Shown here piece after piece: positions 51,431 through 64,000 of a DNA stretch of 64,000 bases. The position numbers were made by a program, and so were the translations under genes. Source of the DNA: Sphagnum compactum (lineage: Eukaryota). Location of the stretch: assembly GCA_965153455.1 (NCBI GenBank), contig OZ234494.1:1798001-1862000 (forward strand), in the 5' to 3' direction. Under the pieces are notes generated by a model that had not been told where the DNA came from, made no database searches, and saw only the letters and a program-made list of their open reading frames with translations. Numbering within the stretch: the first letter of the stretch is position 1; every line of letters starts with the position of its first letter.

Positions 51431-54400
51431 ATGTCGTTGCGTCCAGAGAGGCAGGCGCCGCCAGAGTTTTTCTACAATGAAACAGAAGCGAGGAAGTATA
51501 CAACCTCATCCCGGATAATCGACGTCCAGGTGCTTCGAACTTTGCTTCTGTTGCATACAATCAGAAAAACGTCTGTTTTCGGTTTATGGTTTAATGGGGT
51601 TGTTGTCTTGTGCTTGTCTTGTGCCCCAGCCGCGCGAGCAAGCGGGAGCGGTTTTGTGTCTTTACACGTTCATATTTAGTCACATGATGTCTTTCTCATT
51701 AGTCGACTTTTCTTTATTGACCTTGCTTGAATTGACGTAACAGATTGGTCATTTCTGCTGCAGGCCAAGCTCACAGAAAGGGCGCTGGAACTGCTTGCAT
51801 TACCTGACGATGGTGTTCCAAGGCTTTTACTTGACATTGGTTAGAAAATGACGTCTGAAACCAGGATTCATGTTGCTGTACATATTTTTTGGCTTTGAAA
51901 AGAGGCGGAAAATATGACAACCCTAGGAACTCTGTTTTGGATCATCTTCAGTGTAATTGTTCCTTCTTTGTCACCTACTTTCGTTAAGAGAGAACCTGTG
52001 TTCACATCTATAGTATTTTTCTTCGGATGCAGGTTGTGGCTCTGGACTTAGTGGAGAAACATTGAGTGAACATGGACATCAATGGATTGGCTTGGATATT
52101 TCACAATCTATGCTTGGTAACACCTTGTCACTTGAACCAGCTGCTTCTTATTGACAGTATGGTGGCAGTTGCAACAGCATCGAGTTGAAAATATAAGACT
52201 TCTCAAATTCATTTTGTTTACTGCCTCTCACATGATGGAAAAATGCAGATATTGCACTGGAACGAGAAACAGAAGGTGACTTATTGTTAAGTGACATTGG
52301 CCAGGTTTGTCTTTGTGAAGCATTTTTATCTGTTGAACATAGATGGGCACCTTTAACATGGATTGTTTCTGAGGGGTTTGAAAATGTATCTAGTTGCTCA
52401 CAGAAGCTATTGACTCCTGGAGGTTCCTTATGTGGCAGTCATGTAGACTGACGATATTAGGTTACAGTTGATGGAGAAAGGGCCTTCTCTGAGGTCCAAC
52501 AGATTCTAAACAGTGATTGTGATTGTAGTAATTTCCACACTTTTATTGTTTCTCACCACCATGGTCAGGTACTTACTGCTGACTTAGACCTTCTTTGGAG
52601 ATCTAATTTACTTGAACTCTTTTCCAAAGTTACAAAGGTCAAGAGTTGTTTACTTAGCAGTATGTTCTCTCAAAAGTGGTTGAGAAGGGTATCAGTTTAT
52701 TTGTCTCTCAAAGTAGAACTTCTCGAGTCCCTAATTACATTATGTTGAAGATCCAATGTTTGCCTCATATCATGCTTGTAGCCCCTTTTATTTTCCGTTT
52801 ATGTTGATTCCAAGCACCTGAGTCTCCATGTAACTTTGTTATCATCTACTCTGGGAAAATGCTATGGTAATGACTGGGTTTAGGGTTTAGGGTAAATTGA
52901 CAATGCAGTTTTTAGTTTACTTGTTTACCTGAAAGGGCAGATTAGTATATAATCACCTACCTCTGCTGTCAGGAGCTGATGAAGTCAGTGGGGATTCATG
53001 GTAGCTCATCATTGCTGTACATGATGAAGGTGATGGTCTGACACTTTGTGGGTGACACTCATAAGGTTATTGTGGACTCAGATCTTGATGCAAGAATGAA
53101 GGCTCTAATGAACAATTTTGTTGGTATAAAGTTCAAGTCTTCCTACTTCAAAACTCTCCCTGGTTCAAGGAACAAGTCCTTAGCTTTTAATAGCCCTGTC
53201 GTTAAGGAGGCAGGAGGAAACCCAAGTCCTAATGTAGACTGTTTCAAAATAGCAGAAAATTTCTTGTTGGCTGTTTGGTCAGTCCATTTTCAGGCAGTTG
53301 ATTGCTACTCCAATTGTTTCAGCTGATATGTACGGTTTCACATATGAATTTGAATTCAGCTCTTGTTCAGACCTTCATACCAGGCTTATCCTTCATAAGA
53401 AGATTGTAGGCAGTTCATTGTTATAGATATTGACAGTATATCTGACTTCATATTTTTCAATAAGTCTGAAGTGGTGGTGGCTTCTAATCTGAGTCATCTT
53501 GCAAGCTAGATGATACTTGTAATGGTTTCTCTTCTGAACATTACAAGTTTCATATATTTTACAGCTTGTTAGTTCAAATGATGAGTTCTATCCTTCTGCT
53601 GCTATTTCATACTCAAATTGAGAAAAACCAGTTGGTCATCAAAGAAGGTTTATTTTTTGGGTTCCAGTGTCTGGCATCTTCAGAGTGATTCAATCATGGG
53701 ATTTTCCAGATTAAGCAGATAGCTTATTGAAGCCAAGTGCCTCAATAGTTGTATGTTTTTAAAAAGATGAAATTTTCATCTTTTGTTTCTTCCTCTACCT
53801 CCTTCCTCTATTTTTCTTTCCCTTTTCTTCTTGGTCTTCTTCTCATGTTTTCATGGCAGTCATGTTCTTGTGCTGCTTAGCATCATGGGTGAGTACTCCC
53901 ATTGCTTCTGGTTTGTGCAAACTCTATAGGTGGGTTGCATTCATCCTTATGTCTGAAAAACATAATTCAGCTTGACTTAAATTGTATGTATGAAGGATTC
54001 TTGACATTGTATCTGATGGTTGAATGTGCACCAAATTGGTTCTCTGCACAGGGACTAGGTTTACGCCCAGGTACAATGGATGGTGCCATCAGCATTTCTG
54101 CAGTTCAGGTGCTGTTACTTTCTTTCATTCCACTGCCTGTGGTTCTTCACTTGTAGCGATCCCTACTAACAAATCTGCCACCAAGCCTTGGGTTCCACAT
54201 GATAAATCACCTGGGCCCTTACAGAATTTTTTTTGACTTCAAATGACTTGTAGGCATCTGTACTCCTACATTTGCTGATCTGTTACTAACAACAGAGGGT
54301 GCTTAATCCTTATCTAAAAGTCAAACTCTTGTTTCCTTGGCGTGCACAGTGGTTATGCAATGCAGACAAATCCTGTAACCATCCTCGAACAAGACTCAAG

Positions 54401-55536
54401 TAGGGACTGTCTCCCTCTTGCTTGCTATCTCCCTTTTACTCATACAACCATAGTTTACTGCCACATTCACAGTGAGGTCAACATGTTGTTGATGTTGATC
54501 TTTCTTTCATTCTTGTTGTCTACTTGTTGGTGGATTTCCCCTGTTTATGATTATGCATTGGGAATGACAGTAATTGGTTCTTCAGTCTTGACATCATGGT
54601 GAAACACTGGAAAAAAGTTTCAGCAGTGTCAGATTAAGAATGATTTGACTGCTAGAATGCTGATAAGGACTTTGGGTCTGGTATTGGGGGTCTTGTTCAG
54701 GCAGTTTTTTGGGTCATTGTATAAGTGCTTGGCTCGAGGAGCACGGGCAGTGCTGCAGATCTATCCAGAGAATGCACCTCAACTAGAGATGATTTCTGCA
54801 GCAGCTCTGCGTTCTGGTTTCTCAGGTGGCTTGGTTGTTGATTATCCCCACAGGTGGGCTGTTGTTTGCTTGTGCCTTTTTCGCTTATTACTCTTTACTG
54901 TCTCCTCCATGTACTCTCTATTATTGGTTATATTGTTTCTTTTGGACTTGTGGATTCAGTTCCTTGGCATGCTTTGGTAGAATTTATGCTGTTTTGATCA
55001 GGGTTCTAGCAAATTCTTGTTAATGTCAGATGCAGAATTACTTCTTTTGGCTGGTAACAAACATCTTGTGGGTCCTGATCACAGCACTCGGGCCAAGAAG
55101 TATTTTCTGTGTCTGATGTGTGGGCCACCAAGTACAAGCACAAGCCTTCCAAAAGCAAAAGGTTTAGATAGGGGGAGTGAAAGTGAGGGCAGCAGTGATG
55201 CCGATGAAGAAGCTGGCACTGTATGTTCCCTCTGTCATTCAATGGCAGCCTGTTTTCTCATTTGTCACCCTGTCTCCAATTTGCAGCTTGCACAGGTAGT
55301 TTGATTAGTTATTGATAGTGACACAAGAAGCTGAAGATGACAGGTCCACTGCATCATTGTGGCAATTGCAGGTGGATATTTTGGAGAGAAAAAGGCCTTC
55401 CAAGAAGCAAAAAGATAAGAAGGGGAAAGGCCGATCTTGGGTGTTGAAAAAGAAAGAACAACGTAGGCATCGAGGTTATACGAACGTTCCTCAGGACACG
55501 AAGTACACTGGTCGCAAGAGAAAATCTCAATTCTAG
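51431..55536 (+). CDS. BUD23: 18S rRNA (guanine-N7)-methyltransferase BUD23/WBSCR22 (RID2-like), 291 aa
   Basis: Exons 51431-51529, 51764-51839, 52033-52116, 52249-52304, 54052-54108, 54350-54399, 54701-54853, 55085-55220 and 55372-55536 total 876 nt in frame. Motifs [56 protein letters not shown] and [10 protein letters not shown]. Confidence 0.95.
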
Positions 55537-58500
55537 CAGGTTGCACTTGACCAGAATCCAGTTCTCTTGATTTCTTACTGTATGGTCTTTATATGCATTG
55601 ACCCCACTCCCCGCACATCTATGCCTCCATCTTATGGCTGTTTAGTTAGGCCCTTGTTGCACATGACCCTGGAGATTGCTTGACCTAGCAATCCCTTTGA
55701 TTTTGAACAGGGGAGAATTGGAAAGGATTACATGGTGTTGTTGATAGTATGCCTCATTTTGCAGTGGTGCTGATTGATCACCAAAAGAGAGCAACAAGCA
55801 GGTGAACTTTAAACCCTAAAACATTTCCAATTGCTAACAACCAGAACGTCACAAATAATATAATACTCCCACTAAGTCCCATACAAACTGGGAAGGTTAT
55901 TTTACACAATCTTTCTGGTGTAGTGGCAGGTTTCTTGTTGGAGAGAAGTTGTCATATGCGATCTAAATCCAATAAACAGAGTTGTAAACCTGGATGCTAA
56001 TTCCTTTCAAGCTGCAAGTATTTGTAGTTGGGAAATGACCTTTTTTGTCTAGATGTATAATCGCAAAACTGTTGATTGTGCATGACTTTTTCTCTGGATT
56101 ACCTTAGGGATGATCAGTATATGGTCTTTTGATATTTATCCATTTTCTTTCTGAAACTTGGTTAAGGATATCTCAATCTCTACTTTGATTCGCGTGCTTT
56201 ATGTGGAGCAGATGGTTTAGTAGGGTGAAGGCCAGTTTGTCACCTTCAGGTGCCATCTCCAGCATTTGAGCTTCTATTTCTTGTTAAGAAAGCATCCATC
56301 GGATAGGAGCTGTATAACCTGTGGCTAACAAGGGAAGGGCATTTCAGGATGAATTAGCTTACATTTATAGTTTTATGAAACATGAGAGAAGTAATGCAGT
56401 TGAAGGATAGGAAAAGGTTCAGGAGGGTCACCTATGATCCACCTCAGGCCAGCAAGGGTGTGAACTGAGTATTAGCTATGATACTTTCACTTGGTGAATA
56501 AAAAGCCAAATTAACTACCCCACTCAGGCTGCCTGAGGATATCACAGGCCAGAGTGTCTATATACCCCTTCCAAGCACCAAAAGAAGCAATGAGCCACTA
56601 CAGACCCAAGAGACCTTTGGTAGAAGGGAGGCCTACAGATGACATGTTAGTCAACTTATGTCATTCTGGTGTCAACTGGAAATGCGAATGTATTTCACCT
56701 GTAGTTAATTAGAAACTTATGTTTTGAACTTAAATGATTCTGATGTCAGTTGAAAGTGAGTTCACATGAACTCCAGCTCCAGTGCTTACATTATTGTGAG
56801 GATGCTTTATGGTTAGATGTTGGGAAGAACTGAGGCTAAATGGCCTCAGCTAGTACGACAGAACATTCTTATCATCCATGTCTGGTGCGGCATGACATAA
56901 GGTGAGTTTAGAGGATCGTGATCATGTAAATAATGGTCATATTTGTTGTAGCAAGTGACAATGATACATAGGAAAATTTAGCAAAATTTGGCTACATGCT
57001 AAACATGAAAATGATGTTTGGGAAACATCGTTTTATAATTTCGGCTACCTTCTTGAACCATGTACAGAAATTTGGAAATGGTCAAAATATGGATATTGGA
57101 GTCTCAAACAACACAAACATGTTCTTGCTATTAATTTTTAATAATGTGCTTTTTGGCTACATGTACTAATGCAAAAAAATTGGTAGCATGATCCAAGTAA
57201 TGGTTTAGGTTGAACTACCACCATATTTTTTGTCTTTTGTGCCTAGTTTCTTTGTTTCCCTCCACCTTTTTTCTTTGTCTTCCTTTTGGTTTGAAGAAGT
57301 CATTTTCACCTTGGCTGTCTCTCCCCCCTCCCTACCCTCTCCCTTTTTATGATCAATGTGCAAGGACAAAAAAGTGAAGAAAAGGTGTTGTGGCAAGACT
57401 AGGTGCAAGAACAAGCAATCAAGCAAGCCATGAAGACAAATGGTTGCATTACCTTACTTTCTCTCCCTTGGTTTGTAATTGCATGTCTTTTTGTGCACGA
57501 TGTTAGTTTTTGCATTTTGTTGAATGGATGTGTTGAACTTGGATTCTTGTTTTCATTTTAATTTAGTGATCATTTTGAATTACCTAAAGTGTTATTTCTT
57601 GAGTTTTGTGCAACTCCATAAATTTAGTTGTTTTCATGGGATTTGTTGCAACAAGTGCTAAAGCAAGTCTTGTTTTGAAATGTTGTGTGACATGAATTTG
57701 TTTTGGTTTTGTTGGTTGGTCTAATTTTGTGTTATGCTATAGCCAAATTTAGTTTTGTTTAACACACAACACGAGTTGGGTGAGGCAAGTTGCCATGTTG
57801 ATTGTGTTATTTTTGAAAGGTTTGGATTTTGTTGTTTTTGAGTTGCAACAAGTAAGAGTTGCACTATGAGGGTGTTCTTGGTTTACTTTTTGAGTTAAAA
57901 AAACTCATCTGACAAGTTTTTGATTTTCGGGTTTAATTTGTGCATAAAACTCTTGTGAGGGTTGAACCTAAACATGGCTTTGACTTTGGAGTTTGTTGTG
58001 CAAAAGAAAGGAGAAAATGAAAAAGAAAACCATTGAGGAAGAGGCCTTTGCTTTTGTCATAAGGGCCCCCTCGTTCTTTCTTTCTTCCTTTCTGTCTTTC
58101 TTTCCCATTCTTTTTCCCTCTCCTTATTGAAGTTAGCTCCATGTGCCCAACAACAAACAATGACAACAATAATAAAAGGAACAAATGAGGGGTTTACCAA
58201 GAGGATGCAATGGTGGGAAGAATTGAGCTCCATCACCATCATTGTTGTGCGTTGAAGAATTATGCAACTTTTCCAAACCTTAAAGGTTTGGCTCATTTGG
58301 AGGTTGGGTTTTTTGGATGAAGCTCGAGATGATGAGGTTTGGGGGGTCCAATTCAAATGTCTCTTTTTATTGTTCAATTTTATTTTATTTTTCCAAAGCA
58401 AGAGGTTATGTTCGTTTTACCTATATGAAAATAGTGATTTGGTGATCACACAAATTATTTTTTTGTGAAAATTTTTGGACAAGTTGGTGCCTATGGTTGG

Positions 58501-59199
58501 ATATGGCATCACATCATTTCAAATCACAACATGAAATGATGTGAGACCGAAAAAATGTTGCAAAATGATACGTGACATCATGTGATGTGAGATGTGATGT
58601 CATATGACGTGAAGCACAACGTGACACATGATTTCACCTAATATGGTAAAAAAATTGGGAATTTTTTAGAAATTTTTTATAGTCATTTATGGTGTGGTTT
58701 TGGCATGAGTTTTGCACCATCAAATTTATGAAGAGAATGACTATGTATGTGCAAATGTTTAGAAGTTTTAGAGACAAAATATTTTGGAGGTTAGAAGTTA
58801 ATTTTCCATTTATTCTTTGAAAATTCACATATCACTTGTATAAAGGTAATGCTAAAGACATGAAGAACCACAAGAACAAAGCCTAAAGGAAAGGCTTAAG
58901 TTCAACTTTCAAACAAGGAACAATTCAAGATTATGTGATTCAAAAAAAAAAACACAAGAACTATGAACAAGAACAAAAGATGTGCAAGACAAATATGAAA
59001 ACGAATCTTTAATATGCTAACATATGTAAACATGAACATGAAAAGAACATGACAAGATTATGGTGCAGATCGTGCTTAAGACTAATGTTGAATATACTTA
59101 AGGAAATGAAGGGTTTTACTTTTATTTATACCCTTTTGAGGACCTAGCTCAAAGAACCTTTCAAGAATTTTTTTATGTGTGCATTGAGTAAAGAACCTT

Positions 59200-59530
59200 T
59201 TTAATTGAAAGTCAATTATGAATTAACTGAAACTTACTGAAAGTTAATTAGGACTTAACTATGAGTTAATTGGATTTAATTAGGACTTAAATAAAAGTTA
59301 ATTAAGACTTAACTAAGATTTAATTGGAAGTTTACCTAGAATTAACTAAGATTTAATTCGAAGTTGACTAGAAGTTAACTCGAAGTTAACTCAAATTTAA
59401 CTAAAAGTTAACTAAAACATAACTAAAATGAACTAAAAGTCAACTGGAAGTGAATTATGAATCAAGTGGAAGTGAACTAAAACTTAACTAAAAATTAATT
59501 AAGAATGAATTGAAACTAAACTAAAAGTTA
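59200..59530. repeat. Degenerate ~11-bp AT-rich minisatellite
   Basis: Recurring AAGTTAACT(A/C/G)/GACTTAACTAA units. Confidence 0.7.
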
Positions 59531-62500
59531 GGTACATGGATGAACATTCAAATGAATGAACTCCATGGTGTTGACATTTGTTATAGGTAGAATTTTGAAT
59601 CTTGTGCACTAATGAATTGATGGGAAGAACACCATGGGTGTGGGAGATTTTAAACCATTTGGAAACATCATAAAGGTTTGTTTAAGAGTTTAGAAAGGTT
59701 GTGTGCGCGAAATCAATTTTGCCAAGTTTTTCAATACCAACCTTTTGTGTTGGTGAGCACCCATTTTTATCATTGATATGTGGTGGAGTGTCACACCATC
59801 AATGAACGGAATGGACTTTTATTTGAATGCATGTCGTGATTCATGTGCGAAGATCACAAAAATGCAAATTTTTGCATTTCCACTTGTGTTGTTGGGTTAT
59901 GCATGTGCATATTAATTTGGTAATTGGGTTGTTATTTGATTTCAAGGGGTAGGGGTTGCCAAGGTGTGTGCCATTTGGTTACGACCTAATACACACTTTC
60001 AAGTTGACCTTTTTGTGATCTAATTATATTATGTAATGTGAAACCCTAGGTGAAAGGTCATGTGCAGTCCTACACATGCCTTTGTCATTGTCGTAACCTA
60101 GGGTTTCAACCAAAAATTGAAAAGTTTGTAAAAGTTTTAGCATAAATGCCATGAAAATTTATGGGAAGTTTATGCATAGATATGTAGGTTCATCATGGTG
60201 ACACAAGGCATGATGGAAGCCCAAGTGGTCTAGTTTGGGTATGGGATCTTGAACAAAGAGCTTAGGCATTGAATGTAGGATGCCATGTTATTTCAACTTG
60301 CACAACTCATTTTGGCAAGTGTGTTCAATTATCAAAATGAATCAAAATGACCATTGTGAAAAATGGGTGGTCTCATTTGGGTTTAACAAGGAAAACACAA
60401 TACCATCAATTCAACAACCTCATGGCCAACCTAATAAAATTGCACCACAAAAGACCAAAGGGGCCAAATTGGAATAAGGTGGTTCCACATCACATTTTGC
60501 TAAGCAAGGGGGAGAGGATAGGTGTTGGAGATTTGAGGGCCTTCATTGGAAATAAAATTAGGGTATTTCCATGGTACAATGTACACTTTTTGTCGAAATT
60601 AGAAATACATATATCAAAAGTACTCACACATACAATTTCACTCATTTTAAATTCTTCGAAAGATCACATATAATTGATTTGGGCCTTAACAATAAGACAA
60701 GTTATATAAACCATGAATATGTAATTGATTCATATGTTTGTCTTTATGTAATTGCACATCAATAATTTGATATAAAATTTTTAAAACACCTTGTTTAACA
60801 ATAGTTTACCATTTTTCATTAATTAAAAAAATTCACGTTATTTTTGAAGAATGAAAAAATAACATTTAACCCAATTACCTCCTTAATATATGAAAAAGAT
60901 CCTTAATATATGATTTTACAATTGAAAAAGATCATAATCATCAACATAATCATAACATAATGTATTATCGAACATTTATTTATAATCTAATATGAACATC
61001 ATATATTTTAACAAATTGGAAGTGTTCATGGAGAAGATTACTCATTATGATTGTCTATTTGTATGTGAAAAAATTCATGAACAAATTCTCATTAAAATTA
61101 ATATTTCTTAGACCTTTTGTTATGTTAGTCTTTATAACAAACTCTTGCAAGTTAGAAATGTATTCCAGTCAACCATTGCATTATTCAAATGTGCATCAAT
61201 TTCACAATTTAATAAAAGTGTAGGATGTTATCCACCTTTAATTACATATTTCTAGCACAAAATCTTTTCCAAATATTTAGAAGGGCACATAAAAACGTGT
61301 TGCACTAAAAATTGTCAAATTGTGATTCCTTTTTGTGTACACCACAAGGCCTTTATGACACCTACCAATTTCAAATCCTTAGATTCAAGATCTAGAAAAG
61401 TTGGTGTTAATTGTTTTAGTGAGTCCACAACAATATCACAAGCATAAATCATGCATCTGAGTACTTTGAATTCATTCTCCTATCCTTTACATTTGTTTTC
61501 TACAACATGTAGGTATTCTACCGATACCATTGTTTTGTTTCTATAATGGGGATTGCTTATGTCTTCAAATTTATTGCAAGCCTACCTCCCAATTATCTCC
61601 ATCCTTGCATCTAAGCTTCTTTCCTTCCTAGTTTGTATTTACACATCTTTTGTGATGTTTTTAATGGCCTTGCACAATTGGTGGTGTGGGTTGAAAATTG
61701 CAAGCATAACAAATTCATTCATCTTTAATTAAAAAAGATGAACTATTTATTGCACATATTGTTAAATTGAAGATGTATAAAAAATTAATGGCAATACCTG
61801 TGTTTTCACTTGTGGGTTGACAACCTTTGACATTGGCATTGCTAAATCAATGTCAATGTCAACTTGTTTCACCTTTTTTAATTTTTTGAAAAGTGGCGTT
61901 TTTTACGCCGGTTTCCATTTTTGTGATTGGAAATGCAAGTAAAAAAGATTTGGTGATACCTATTTTGCCCCATCCCTTGATGATTAGTTTTTCATGGCTT
62001 TCATCTCTATTCATGTTAAATGTAACTAGTTGCAAATCCTAGGCTTTAGGTTGTTCATTTTGAAGTCTACTTCTAGTTCTCGTCCATCATCAATTTGGTC
62101 TTTAATTGTTTGAAAAGTCCATGAGTTAAAATGAACTTCTTATGCATGTTTTTATGACTTTTGCAAGATCACATCCACTAGTTGTAATTCACTTGTGCAA
62201 TTAGCAAGAACAAAAATGAATATGATGTTTATATGTTTTTAAAAAATCCAACTAAGGAACTTTTCATTTATATGAATGTTCCAACAATTTATAATCCATA
62301 TTGTTTTTAACCCTAAGAACTAGATTTGGATTATGGGTAGGGGAAGATAATGTTTTTTACAAATTGCTTGGTTATTTCCAAAGGTAAACATTGGTTTTCA
62401 CTAAAAGTAAGGTTCCAACCATCTTTGATGCAATTATTTTCCCTTTACTGTTTGGTGATAATGTCCTAGGTGTAGAATTAGTAAACACAATAGTGGGTTC

Positions 62501-64000
62501 ATTGTAGCACTCAACGGCACAACCACTATCACCTACTTTTTATCTGAACCAAACCTAACATTCGCGCATACTCTTCAAGTTCTAGCAAGTTTTTCTTGGG
62601 AATCTTCATTGATGTCTCACGTTATGTAGCTATAATATAGTTTTCTTTCAATGCACCTTCTTTTGTGAACCATTCCCACATTGTACTCGTAGTTAGCTTT
62701 GCATAAGGACTAGGCATGCTTGGTGATTTGATGTAAGCAATCTACAAAAATGTAAGAGAAATCTAATTTTATTTTCATATTTCTTCATTGTTGCTAGTAT
62801 TTGGGGCCATAAATGTGGTTGAAACCAAATTTGATATTTCCCTTGTTTCTTACTATGTTTTGAGGGTCTCTTGTTTTTAGTGTCATTTTTCTTGATCTCT
62901 TGTTCACTCAAAATCCTCACATTCTTTTGCTTGAACTAGGCTGCCCATTGGATGCTTTTCTTTTTGCACAATAAATTTTGTTGCATGCCAGCTACTATCT
63001 CTCAAGCTCTCTCTTCACAACCAACACCCTTTTTTCACTTGAAATTGTTTGAAATAGACTAATAATGTACTTTTGTCCCCCGTTATCAACCATTTTGCAC
63101 AAACATGAAATTAAGGTAAAAATTGGAAGAGCATTAGAATGTGGCCTAAGAAGGAAGAAAAGGAGTCTGGAATGAAAAGTAAGAACTTGAGAATTGCCAG
63201 AAGGCTGAAATACAAGAACAAGAAGTAGCCTTGATTTAAAGATGTTATAGTAGACCTAACCATATTGGAAACTACCTATTATTATGTACCTGACCAAGAA
63301 AGGTACATAATGAGAGTACCCAATTGTTGAAAAAAAAAAATTCACCTAAACTGTAGTGGAAATTTAAAATATTTATATTTATATTGCAAGAGTAGATTTT
63401 TCATATTGTCCTTCATAAAATTGGATTGGTATTTAGTTTGGCACTTCTCTAAATTGGATTCATTCAGAGCTCACATGAATTTGTCTTGCTACTTTGATAT
63501 AAATTTTTCTACCAAGATAGAAATGACTATTATTTTGGGGTCACATGCATGCCATGTTGCAATATATTAATGAAGATGTCGTGCCACAATACACTAGTAT
63601 AATTTGATACATTCCTCAATATGACTAAGTTAAGTCGCGCCTTGTCAAAGCAGGAAACCATACTAACCCTTTTTCAACCTTTTCAACCATCATTTTATGC
63701 TTGGGAGGTTTTAGTGTCTCCCTAAAAACAAACGTCTTGCCCCTGTGACTTATTGTGCTTAGATGGGTCGTTGGAAATCCATATTGGGGACGGGCTTTGA
63801 CAATCGTAGAGTTAAAAAGGGTGAAAAACGTGAAAAACAACAATCATTCATTCTTCATGGCTCCTTTACAGGCGCGGACTTTGGACCTCGGACATTACAC
63901 AATGTCATGATGGATCATTGCGCAACTACCAAACAAACTCTTTTAGCACTGCTCCTATATACTTTTACGTGACCCCGAAGCCTCAGGCAGCAGCAATAGA

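Noticed and set aside
56830-56851. Short hairpin CTGAGGC-TAAATG-GCCTCAG and nearby palindromes
   Set aside because: Stems are too short for a miRNA precursor and are expected by chance.

Overview
Eukaryotic land-plant nuclear DNA with GT-AG introns and telo-boxes. A bryophyte/moss origin is inferred from the repeat landscape, not proven. Five intact-looking genes: COG5 (+, 3 coding exons); an hnRNP F/H-like two-qRRM RNA-binding protein (-); a ZIM/ZML-type TIFY-CCT-GATA transcription factor (+, 7 coding exons); a CUE-domain protein (+, single coding exon); and the BUD23/WBSCR22 18S rRNA m7G methyltransferase (+, 9 exons). There is one clear pseudogene, a BNR/Asp-box sialidase-fold gene (-) with a nonsense codon, frameshifts and an internal deletion. 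The intergenic space is mostly transposon remains: a SWIM/MULE relic, a solo LTR with 5-bp TSD, a Tourist-like MITE, a 5'-truncated LINE with 11-bp TSD, two CRE-like RLE retroelement relics, a Gypsy protease relic, a structurally complete non-autonomous Helitron and several tandem repeats. The most interesting unexplained structures are three: (1) competing 3' splice sites in the hnRNP F/H-like gene, a strong stop-generating acceptor versus a G-tract/G-quadruplex-type productive acceptor, suggesting splicing autoregulation; (2) a four-copy C/D-box-like repeat downstream of the GATA gene and inside a BUD23 intron; (3) stacked uORFs in the GATA gene leader. All exon models were built by eye and need RNA-seq confirmation.
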